Shown: positions 7,588 through 15,678 of the stretch, piece after piece | How the letters are laid out: each line of letters opens with the position of its first letter | Position numbering within the stretch: the first letter of the stretch is position 1 | NCBI RefSeq assembly: GCF_000018105.1 | Contig: NC_009925.1 | Coordinates: forward strand, 4,320,001-4,352,000 | Source: Acaryochloris marina MBIC11017 | GTDB lineage: Bacteria > Cyanobacteriota > Cyanobacteriia > Thermosynechococcales > Thermosynechococcaceae | Length of the DNA stretch: 32,000 bases | Reading direction: 5' to 3' | Notes under the pieces: model-generated | The model's input: the letters and a program-made list of their open reading frames with translations, nothing else | What the model was told of the DNA's origin: nothing | Database searches by the model: none | Made by a program: the position numbers and the translations under genes

Positions 7588-9912
7588 CTATTGGAGGGCC
7601 TCATAGATGGCTACGATTTTCGAATGCGCGACAGCGAGATCATGCTGCCATTCTGCGTTAGATGGATCGGCTGAAGTCAGGTTCTGACAGATAGAGAGGT
7701 ATTCATTGAATGCTTGGAGTGCATCATCCAGTCGTCCTTTAGTTTGGTAGATGTCTCCGGTCTTCGAATACGCGACAGCGAGATCACTCTGCCATTCTGC
7801 GTTAGACGGATCGGCTGAAGTCAGATTCTGACAGATAGAGAGGTCTTCATTGAATGCTTGGAGTGCATCATCCAGTCGTCCTTTGGTTTGGTAGATGTCT
7901 CCGGTCCTCGAATATGCGACACCGAGTTCACGCTGCCATTCTGCGTTAGACGGATCGGCTGAAGTCAGATTCTGACAGATAGAGAGGTATTCATTGAATG
8001 CTTGGAGCGCATCATCCAGTCGTCCTTTAGTTTGGTAGATGTCTCCGATCTTCGAATACGCGATGCCGAGTTCACGCTGCCATGCTGCGTTAGACGGATC
8101 GGCCGAAGTCAGATTCTGACAGATAGAGAGGTATTCATTGAATGCTTGGAGTGCATCATCTAGTCGTCCTTTAGTTTGGTAGATGTCTCCGGTCCTCGAA
8201 TATGCGATGCCGAGTTCACGTTGCCATGCTGCGTTAGATGGATCGGCTGAAGTCAGGTTCTGACAGATAGAGAGGTATTCATTGAATGCTTGGAGCGCAT
8301 CATCCAGTCGTCTTTTGGTTTGGTAGATGTCTCCGATCTTCGAATATGCGACACCGAGTTCACGCTGCCATTCTGCGTTAGACGGATCGGCTGAAGTCAG
8401 GTTCTGAAAGATAGAGAGGTATTCATTGAATGCTTGGAGTGCATCATCTAGTCGTCCTTTGGTTTGGTAGATGTCTCCGGTCCTCGCATGCGCGACAGCG
8501 AGATCACTTTGCCATGCTGCGTTAGACGGATCGGCTGAAGTCAGGTTCTGACAGATAGAGAGGTCTTCATTGAATGCTTGGAGTGCATCATCCAGTCGTC
8601 CTTTGGTTTGGTAAATGTCTCCGGTCCTCGAATATGCGACACCGAGTTCACGCTGCCATGCTGCGTTAGACGGATCGGCTGAAGTCAGATTCTGACAGAT
8701 AGAGAGGTCTTCATTGAATGCTTGGAGTGCATCATCCAGTCGTCCTTTAGTTTGGTAGATGTCTCCAGTCCTCGAATACGCGATGCCGAGTTCACGTTGC
8801 CATGCTGCGTTAGACGGATCGGCTGAAGTCAGGTTCTGACAGATAGAGAGGTATTCATTGAATGCTTGGAGTGCATCATCCAGTCGTCCTTTGGTTTGGT
8901 AGATGTCTCCGGTCTTCGAATATGCGACACCGAGTTCACGCTGCCATGCTGCGTTAGACGGATCGGCTGAAGTCAGATTCTGACAGATAAAGAGGTATTC
9001 ATTGAATGCTTGGAGTGCATCATCCAGTCGTCCTTTGGTTTGGTAGATGTCTCCGGTCCTCGCATGTGCGACAGCGAGATCACTTTGCCATGCTGCGTTA
9101 GATGGATCGGCTGAAGTCAGGTTCTGACAGATAGAGAGGTATTCATTGAATGCTTGGAGTGCATCATCCAGTCGTCCTTTAGTTTGGTAGATGTCTCCTA
9201 GAAGGCGCTGTGCCCGGGCAATCCCCGATTGATGGGATGCTGCATGAGCAAGATTCACAACTTGAAGCGCTTGATCCTCAAGTTGGGCGGTGTCCCCGCG
9301 CAAACTGCGAACTTCAAAAGTAGCTAGTAGTGCTTCCACTCGGGCTTTTCCTTTGAGCCAGCCGGCATTAGCTAGTTCCTCCAGAGCTAGGGAGAGTGCA
9401 GTAGTATTCTCAGGCTGCATAGAGCATGTGATTTCCTGAGTTAGCAGTTCGCATTCGGCTGCAGCAGCTATTTGATCGGTTGCAAACAAGTGGTAGAGTG
9501 CTTCGATCCGAGCATGAACTTCTGTACGCTCGTTTAAGTAATTCCGAGCATTGGTGGACAACAAAAGCCAGCGAGCGGGATCTGTCTTCCGCAAATAATC
9601 CCGCAAGGTAAGGCGAGCAGACTCGTGGACATTCACGGCTTTCTCGCCCCGGGCAGGAAAGGGTTCAATAACAGTGAGTTTGCGCAAAGAATTGAATAAG
9701 ATGTCTCCCTGATCGGGTGTTGTGTCCAGCACAGCCACAAGGAGGTCGCAATCGCACCAGTGTGGTATGGCAGCAGCGATTAATGCCTTTTTAATTGATA
9801 GGCGCCGTGATTCAGAAAGCGGGGAATGGGCTAAATCGACACTAGCAAGAACAAGGGCTGCTGGGTCACCTTTTGCGTTTTGGAGAATACGGAGTCGTTC
9901 AGTGAAATCCAT
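7588..9912 (-). CDS. STAND-type winged-helix/helical domain plus TPR-repeat protein (11 x 48-aa repeats)
   Basis: 774 aa. N-terminal ~230 aa are helical and include a winged-helix-like LRKLTVIEPF....VNVHESARLTLRDYL. These are followed by 11 tandem near-identical 48-aa TPR-like units (GDIYQTKGRLDDALQAFNEYLSICQNLTSADPSNAAWQRELGVAYSR). Confidence 0.9.
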   Translation of the reverse strand: MDFTERLRILQNAKGDPAALVLASVDLAHSPLSESRRLSIKKALIAAAIPHWCDCDLLVAVLDTTPDQGDILFNSLRKLTVIEPFPARGEKAVNVHESARLTLRDYLRKTDPARWLLLSTNARNYLNERTEVHARIEALYHLFATDQIAAAAECELLTQEITCSMQPENTTALSLALEELANAGWLKGKARVEALLATFEVRSLRGDTAQLEDQALQVVNLAHAASHQSGIARAQRLLGDIYQTKGRLDDALQAFNEYLSICQNLTSADPSNAAWQSDLAVAHARTGDIYQTKGRLDDALQAFNEYLFICQNLTSADPSNAAWQRELGVAYSKTGDIYQTKGRLDDALQAFNEYLSICQNLTSADPSNAAWQRELGIAYSRTGDIYQTKGRLDDALQAFNEDLSICQNLTSADPSNAAWQRELGVAYSRTGDIYQTKGRLDDALQAFNEDLSICQNLTSADPSNAAWQSDLAVAHARTGDIYQTKGRLDDALQAFNEYLSIFQNLTSADPSNAEWQRELGVAYSKIGDIYQTKRRLDDALQAFNEYLSICQNLTSADPSNAAWQRELGIAYSRTGDIYQTKGRLDDALQAFNEYLSICQNLTSADPSNAAWQRELGIAYSKIGDIYQTKGRLDDALQAFNEYLSICQNLTSADPSNAEWQRELGVAYSRTGDIYQTKGRLDDALQAFNEDLSICQNLTSADPSNAEWQSDLAVAYSKTGDIYQTKGRLDDALQAFNEYLSICQNLTSADPSNAEWQHDLAVAHSKIVAIYEALQ
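7618..9201 (-). repeat. 11 tandem 144-bp coding repeats (48 aa each) inside the TPR gene
   Basis: Period measured directly: attcattgaa at 7701 versus cttcattgaa at 7845, and gtcgtccttt at 7731 versus 7875, both 144 bp apart. Eleven GDIYQTK units in the translation give 11 x 144 = 1584 bp. Confidence 0.95.
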
Positions 9913-9917
9913 TGGCT

Positions 9918-11039
9918 TTAATCCGAAGGCCCTAACAGTTGGGCAAGTGTTGTACTCTTGCCTTTAGAGTACTGATGGGCTGTGCGAACAAACTCAAGCT
10001 GGAGGCCCGGTTCGTAGGTCTGACCGTACTCAAACCATTCTTCAGGTGTAGGTAAGCTGAGCTCTATGGGTGAGATACTTGCTTCATCCCACGGTTCTCC
10101 GTGCACCTTCAGTGTATGTTGACCAACTACGATAACACGTAGCCAAGTTTCGCGAATGATCGAAAGGAGTAGACTTTGTTGCATCCAGGCCTCTGCTTCG
10201 CCAGCCATCTCAAACGTGTCGAAAATAAGGAGGGTGGGACGCGCAATCTTTTGGAGGGAAGTAAAAATTTGAGAAAGTTGACTAACAACCCTACCAGATG
10301 GGGCCTCAATCTTGAGGTTCTGAGCAAAAATCCGCAGTTCCGTGTCTATGTCTGTAGAACCTTTGAAGTCTAGACGTCCGCAAGTTAATCCCGGAATTTT
10401 AAATGCATTTCGGAGAAACTGCTTTGTTAAGTGGGTCTTACCTATTTCTGTCGGACCGTAGATTGGAAGTATTCTGAATGGTGCTCTATGCGTAATTAGC
10501 TTTGCAAAAGCAAGCTTCGCTTCACGATGATTTGCCACAGGCCAGTCAAGCGTAGGGGTGATATCAGGCCAACCCAGATCTTTAGAGTTTGTCGAAAGAT
10601 AGTACTCCTTCTTACGCCCTTCATTAATCGCAAGGCGACTGAGAATAAGTACAGCTGTTTCTTCAGGTGTCTTATCATCCAGATCAACAAAACCTGCAAG
10701 ACCAAACAATCCTGTAGGTTCGCAGTTGCCAAAGCGTAAGAGCATAACTTCTTCATTTTTACGCTGCATGAGAACACTATAAATAGCATTCCACTCAAGG
10801 CCGCACCACTTTTTCTCGTTGTAGTTATTGCATAGGATAGCAACGACCAGATCGGCTTCCTTCTCATAAAGCGAGGGAAGATAAAAGGCAAGATCGCTAC
10901 GGGCAAATTCTCCCTCGTGAAATTTATCGTAAAGAAGTTGTTCTTTGCTGAAGCGATCTGCAAGAAAGTTTGCTATTCGGGCAACAAAATCTCTGTTTTC
11001 TCCTGCAAATGAAAATGCGATGCGAAAACGTTTTTGCAT
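9918..11039 (-). CDS. TIR domain + P-loop (STAND/AAA-like) NTPase protein
   Basis: N-terminal bacterial TIR signature (RIAFSFAGENRDFV...LVVAILCNNYNEKKWCGLEWNAI, candidate catalytic Glu at residue 82). Walker A GPTEIGKT at residues 195-202 and Walker B LLIFDTFE at 270-277. 373 aa. Ends 5 nt before the TPR gene start. Confidence 0.85.
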   Translation of the reverse strand: MQKRFRIAFSFAGENRDFVARIANFLADRFSKEQLLYDKFHEGEFARSDLAFYLPSLYEKEADLVVAILCNNYNEKKWCGLEWNAIYSVLMQRKNEEVMLLRFGNCEPTGLFGLAGFVDLDDKTPEETAVLILSRLAINEGRKKEYYLSTNSKDLGWPDITPTLDWPVANHREAKLAFAKLITHRAPFRILPIYGPTEIGKTHLTKQFLRNAFKIPGLTCGRLDFKGSTDIDTELRIFAQNLKIEAPSGRVVSQLSQIFTSLQKIARPTLLIFDTFEMAGEAEAWMQQSLLLSIIRETWLRVIVVGQHTLKVHGEPWDEASISPIELSLPTPEEWFEYGQTYEPGLQLEFVRTAHQYSKGKSTTLAQLLGPSD

Positions 11040-11395
11040 TTTAACTGAACTCTAATTGGTGTCGGTGCATAACGATGGCGTCCCAGTTTTTAGAATAATG
11101 CAGCATTTTGACTTGCCTTTTCCACTTCGAATAAGTTTAACTCGGTTGAGGTAGGTTAAGTAACTGTATCTGTCAGCCAAAAACGGCATGGAGTTGTAGT
11201 TGTAGTTCTCACCTTAATAGCTGTGGTTTCTGGAGATGCAATTAATTCACCTACTCATCAAATATTGTTATACATTCACATACGCAGATAAAGACTTGCA
11301 AGAGAATCGAGATATTCCTTTGGGAGAAAATCAGGGATTGCCCGAGATTAATTTTTGGAAATGGATCAATAATTCTGGAGTGTACGCAACAGCTA

Positions 11396-12004
11396 TTACT
11401 TGGAAAAGTGAAATCGTCTCTGAATCAGTTTGCGGTAGACAGCAAATAACAGCAGTGAACTCATAATCAATAGGTGAACCTGAAAGGCAGCATTGGCAAT
11501 ATTCCAGACGGGAATCGAGGGTAGAACCAATAGCACGCTGAGGAGACTGGCAAAAAACATCGCGCCTGTCTCGGTATCTGGATATTTCCAGGTTTTAATT
11601 AAGGTGGGAAAAGAGGCAAAAATATCGCCGATGATGGCACAGAGGATGGCTAGTTGCGGAGATGCGATCGCAGCCCATAAAATCACCGCCAGTAACGAGA
11701 ACGCCCCACAGCTCAAGTCAAAGACTCCCATTTTCCAGTAGCTGCGTTTATTGACAAATGAGGCGAAAAAAATTAGGAGTGGCAATAAACCCGCAATAAA
11801 AACGCGCAAAGTAGGCCAACCAGCTGCCCCTGCTGAGAGTGCAGCTGCGGTACTAATCAAGGGGGATAAGGCCCACATAGACCAAGACACCCGGTTTGGC
11901 TTGGTCTTACCCGCCAGGGTATCGCGAATATAGGCGAAGGCCCCAGCTGCACTAATCAGTACACTGAGGATAACTAACCAATGGATCAGCGATATACCTA
12001 GCAT
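11396..12004 (-). CDS. multi-pass integral membrane protein, function unknown
   Basis: 202 aa, about six hydrophobic helices, ATG start. No family recognised with confidence. Confidence 0.65.
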   Translation of the reverse strand: MLGISLIHWLVILSVLISAAGAFAYIRDTLAGKTKPNRVSWSMWALSPLISTAAALSAGAAGWPTLRVFIAGLLPLLIFFASFVNKRSYWKMGVFDLSCGAFSLLAVILWAAIASPQLAILCAIIGDIFASFPTLIKTWKYPDTETGAMFFASLLSVLLVLPSIPVWNIANAAFQVHLLIMSSLLLFAVYRKLIQRRFHFSK

Positions 12005-12134
12005 GTAGTCCTATTACCTCTAGCAATCAAGTCTGTTTATCGCCGTCTGTGATCATGCTGATTCCCAATGGCATCTTGTGAGCATTAGGGTTTGGTTTGC
12101 CCAGATTTTGGGTTTTGAAACTGAGTCAAAAAGT

Positions 12135-12512
12135 TTACGAACCTGGCATCGTAAAAAACGTTATGCAACCGCCTACAGGATCAGTTACCACAAATTCTTT
12201 CGGTCCCCAGGGTTTTTGTGCCAATTTTTCTTGGACAATGCTGTCGTCTTTGGCTTCATATTCAGCAAACAGTTGGTCAATCTCGTTGACCTGAATACGG
12301 ATGCTGGTGGGACTGCCCAAATTTTGGTAGCTGTTTTTGCACAGATAGATCACGGCCATATCTCGCTGGACAATCGCCAACCTGAGCGGATCTCCTTCTC
12401 GGTGGATAACCTTGAATCCGAGTTTTTGTTCGTAAAATGCGATCGCAGGTTCCAGATCTTCCCCAGCGGGGACAAGGGGATGGATAGGACCTAAAGTTGG
12501 GGACGCACTCAT
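12135..12512 (-). CDS. VOC family (glyoxalase / bleomycin-resistance-like) protein
   Basis: AIAFYEQKLGFKV... then ...PWGPKEFVVTDPVGGCITFF, typical of small VOC/bleomycin-binding-like proteins. ATG at 12512; the ORF is open to a GTG at 12527. Confidence 0.8.
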   Translation of the reverse strand: MSASPTLGPIHPLVPAGEDLEPAIAFYEQKLGFKVIHREGDPLRLAIVQRDMAVIYLCKNSYQNLGSPTSIRIQVNEIDQLFAEYEAKDDSIVQEKLAQKPWGPKEFVVTDPVGGCITFFTMPGS

Positions 12513-12625
12513 CAGGAATGACCTCACTGGAATCTAGGACAATGGGGATCAAAGCAGATTAAGTATTATTGCCTAGCTCTTGCAATTCGCCGCATCGATC
12601 TCCTAAACATGATAGAACGGGGGAC

Positions 12626-13090
12626 ATGCTAAGTCTTAACGCCCTTCTCGACTTTTCCCGATGCAACTGCGTTGGCATTTGTGCATCCCTAGTCCCCATC
12701 AATATCCTGTCTACTGCCTTAACGGTTTATAAAGTCAGTCGAGATCATTCCCCTCGATCCATCCGCGCCAGTATCGGTTTCTCTAGCCTAGCGGCAGTTC
12801 TGCTAGCGCTCCACGATCTGTCCTGGCTGATCATCGGCGTGATTATGGCTCCTACCTATATTCTGTTCACCATTGCCGTGGTGTGTTTGAGCTTCAATGC
12901 TTGGGCGGGTTTCCATCCTCGCAGCATGAGACAAACCGTCTTGGCTATCGTGAGCTATTGTTGGCAGGGCCTGATGATGTTGAGGCCCTCTAAAGCAGAC
13001 CCTCTACTGAACCTCGATCCCATCCCCCTCAATAGCACTGTAGATATCCGGCGATACCAACCCCAACCAGGGATCAGAACTCGGCGTTAG
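12626..13090 (+). CDS. hypothetical small membrane protein
   Basis: ATG at 12626 and three to four hydrophobic segments. Its 3' end overlaps the convergent gene 13004..14293 by 87 nt, which lowers confidence. Confidence 0.4.
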   Translation: MLSLNALLDFSRCNCVGICASLVPINILSTALTVYKVSRDHSPRSIRASIGFSSLAAVLLALHDLSWLIIGVIMAPTYILFTIAVVCLSFNAWAGFHPRSMRQTVLAIVSYCWQGLMMLRPSKADPLLNLDPIPLNSTVDIRRYQPQPGIRTRR

Positions 13091-14293
13091 AAATAAGTCG
13101 GCATACACCTTCTCATTCAGCTGATATATCGTTCCGGTTTGGTTGCGTTCTACAAACCACTGGTGGATGCGCGAATGGAGAAGGTACTCGTTGCGGACCG
13201 TATCAATGGCCATAGCCTGTTCAAAGCTTTTGACGGTTTTGGCCAGCGTTTCAGGAGCATGGTAAGCGCGATGCTTACTTCGCATCAAGGACTTGCTATT
13301 CTCATCTAGCCTCGCTCTATCTGCCTGAAATTCAGCTAATTTCCCCCAGGTCTGAGGCTGGGTGGCTTCGTTGAGTTGATCGCGGTTTTGGTTGGCCAAA
13401 GTCGATAGACTCATGGACGAAGACACCAAGGGGATCTCCACCAGGGATTTGGTAACCGCAATGGGTGCAGCATCTACTGCATTGGGCTTCGTGGCATCAG
13501 GTAGTGCCTGCAGTACAGGAACATCCTTGATCCCTGCCGTTTGTAAGTCTTGAGTCCAATTCGTTTGAATGGCTTCTAGTCTTTGCTGATGATAGGTTTG
13601 CAGGGCTTGTTGGTATTCGCCTTCTTGTAGGCTAGCCGTTTGCTTCCAGAGTGCCTCGGCTCGCTGTAAATGCTGGAGAAAAGCTTGAGGGCCATAAAGT
13701 CCAGGCAATGCCTCAAAGGGACGGCCCTTAGCATCCAGAATATAGTGGATACTGTTGCCCGTGACGGTGCGCTTGAGCTGGCGACCATCGCCAAAATCAA
13801 TAGTCATAACGGGGGCAGGACGCACGGACTCCCAGTGCAAAACATACCGTTCGCGTAAATATTGAGACACCTCGGCATTGGGATAGAGGGCGACTCGGAA
13901 GAATCGACTATTGGCACAGCTCAGCTCTTCATCTAAGTTGCCCAATAACCGTAAAGACAAAATGGGCTTATTGCTGGCTTGGGCTTCTGCTTGCGCCTTC
14001 GCTAAATCCGTATGCCAATACAGCTGAGAGGCGTGACAATCTCGCTGCTTACAGAGTGCATCCAGTTGAGTCCTTAGGTGTGGATCAGGCAGCGCGGTGG
14101 ACTGTAGTGCCTGGGCATGGTCCTTTAAAAAACGTTCCAGTCCAGCAGGACCTTGGGCTCTCAGTTGGGTGATGCCCGGATTAGCCGTTTGCTGCACGGC
14201 CGATCCATTGGCGATAGCAGACTCAGCTGCAACCGATTGTGCCCCTAGCACAATGCCAATCCCAACCCATAGCCACTGAACTTTTAGACGCAT
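13004..14293 (-). CDS. exported hypothetical protein
   Basis: 429 aa. Clear signal peptide (MRLKVQWLWVGIGIVLGAQSVAAES) and GGAG upstream of the ATG. No family recognised. Confidence 0.75.
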   Translation of the reverse strand: MRLKVQWLWVGIGIVLGAQSVAAESAIANGSAVQQTANPGITQLRAQGPAGLERFLKDHAQALQSTALPDPHLRTQLDALCKQRDCHASQLYWHTDLAKAQAEAQASNKPILSLRLLGNLDEELSCANSRFFRVALYPNAEVSQYLRERYVLHWESVRPAPVMTIDFGDGRQLKRTVTGNSIHYILDAKGRPFEALPGLYGPQAFLQHLQRAEALWKQTASLQEGEYQQALQTYHQQRLEAIQTNWTQDLQTAGIKDVPVLQALPDATKPNAVDAAPIAVTKSLVEIPLVSSSMSLSTLANQNRDQLNEATQPQTWGKLAEFQADRARLDENSKSLMRSKHRAYHAPETLAKTVKSFEQAMAIDTVRNEYLLHSRIHQWFVERNQTGTIYQLNEKVYADLFLTPSSDPWLGLVSPDIYSAIEGDGIEVQ

Positions 14294-14413
14294 ACAGGAG
14301 ACTCCAAAGCCCGACTCTCAGCACCATCTTGGCACGTCTCTGGGCCAACGTCATGGTTGGGATCACATCCAGGGGCAAGATGGGCTGATATAACGGTTGC
14401 CTGAGCGAAGTCC

Positions 14414-15223
14414 CTAAGCGGCTTCAAAAAACATCAAATGTTGCTGGGGCAATAGGTTTTTGGTTTCTTTCCAGACCAATCCGACTTTGAGCATCTCTTT
14501 GCGGACCTGCTTTTGGGTCATCTTGTGTAAGGGTTTAATCATCACCAGCGGGTTCTCAGCCCGATACTCGGCTAAAACAACTCTGCCACCGGGCTTGAGA
14601 GCTTTAACGATGCCCGTCATCATTTCGTTGGGAAACTCAAACTCGTGGTAAGCATCCACCATCAACACCAAGTCCACACTTTGCTCAGGTAAGTTAGGGC
14701 TCTGTTCATTGCCTAAAATTGCGTCTAAATTATCAACCTGGCGTTCTTCTTTGAAATAATTGAGGATTTCCACCATCTCAGGCTGAATATCGACCGCTAA
14801 AACCTTTCCTTCAGGTAGGAAGGGCGTCATCCGAAAGCTCATATACCCCGTCCCCGCTCCAATATCAGCGACGACGTCCGTCGGGCTTAAGTTGAGGGCT
14901 TCCACCAATCGCCGAGGTTGCTCACTGCTAGCCCGTCCCGAGCGCTCTAGCCATCCTGCCCCCTGATGTCCCATAACCTGGGCGATTTCTCTGCCCATGT
15001 AGACTTTGCCGATCCCATCTAGGCTATATCCTGATTTCTCTTGGTAAAGGGCGGAATCTGTAAAGCCTACCCCTGCTAGGGCTTCCGCATTGATGCCAAT
15101 CGGACTCCATAGGACAGTACCGAGAACCCATAGCCCTGCTAATACCGTTGCGAGACGAGAGATTCGAGATCGCCATGCAAAGGGTGAGAGAACGTTAGAA
15201 AAAACGTTAGGTTTCGCTGCCAT
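14414..15223 (-). CDS. class I SAM-dependent methyltransferase with N-terminal membrane/signal anchor
   Basis: Motif I VADIGAGTGYMS, downstream DLVLMVDAYHE and LKPGGRVV. N-terminal hydrophobic helix. GGAG Shine-Dalgarno site upstream of the ATG. Confidence 0.85.
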   Translation of the reverse strand: MAAKPNVFSNVLSPFAWRSRISRLATVLAGLWVLGTVLWSPIGINAEALAGVGFTDSALYQEKSGYSLDGIGKVYMGREIAQVMGHQGAGWLERSGRASSEQPRRLVEALNLSPTDVVADIGAGTGYMSFRMTPFLPEGKVLAVDIQPEMVEILNYFKEERQVDNLDAILGNEQSPNLPEQSVDLVLMVDAYHEFEFPNEMMTGIVKALKPGGRVVLAEYRAENPLVMIKPLHKMTQKQVRKEMLKVGLVWKETKNLLPQQHLMFFEAA

Positions 15224-15678
15224 GAGGTCTCCAAAATATCCGGTGCTGATACTGCTATAGCCTAACGTGGCAATGTTGAACCTGTCTGTGAACTCGATGG
15301 CGATTCAATTTTTTCGACAGGAGTAAATCTTGAGTCTCAAATATTTTAATTTCTAGACAGAAAGAACGGGGTATATTTATTCGCTAATTTCTCTGTATGA
15401 CGGGCCATTTGGGCGAATCGGTCTTTATAATTAATGGGTATTAACAGGTGAGCTTTATAACTAACCATTGAAGGACTGCTTGATCTCTAGTCTGGGTGTT
15501 ATCCCGCTATTTTGTAGTCAGTAACAGCTAAAGACTACGATGCTTAATCTAGCAGTGAACGATTGGTTGTACTCTGCATTATTTTCCCTTGTGTGATTGC
15601 TGTAAATCGGAAAAGTTTGGTGTCATCACTGAGCTGAGGTTTGTCTTTGCTATCTCTGCAGGCTGAACTTTTGGGGGC

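Noticed and set aside
7618-9201. A regular 144-bp repeat array that might be taken for a CRISPR or other non-coding tandem array.
   Set aside because: The repeats are contiguous with no unique spacers, lie in one long open reading frame, and translate to a coherent TPR-like unit. This is a coding repeat, not CRISPR.
10496-10963. A 155-aa ORF on the same strand but in another frame inside the TIR-NTPase gene, plus small ORFs at 10127-10327, 10176-10373 and 10527-10739.
   Set aside because: They overlap the frame that carries clear TIR and Walker motifs. Their translations are motif-less, as expected for chance ORFs in AT-rich DNA.
11041-11051. An 11-nt match (ttaactgaact) between 11041-11051 and 2249-2259, considered as possible shared repeat ends.
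   Set aside because: Exact 11-mers are expected many times by chance in a 32-kb window compared with itself, and the similarity does not extend on either side.
11236-11466. A 76-aa plus-strand ORF in the gap between the membrane-protein gene and the TIR gene.
   Set aside because: It overlaps the 3' end of the membrane-protein gene on the opposite strand, lies in AT-rich sequence, and shows no motifs or ribosome-binding site.
12078-12552. ORFs 12078-12494 (+), 12097-12294 (+) and 12277-12552 (-) overlapping the VOC-family gene.
   Set aside because: Only the 12135-12512 minus frame gives a recognisable glyoxalase/bleomycin-resistance-like sequence. The others are shadow frames.
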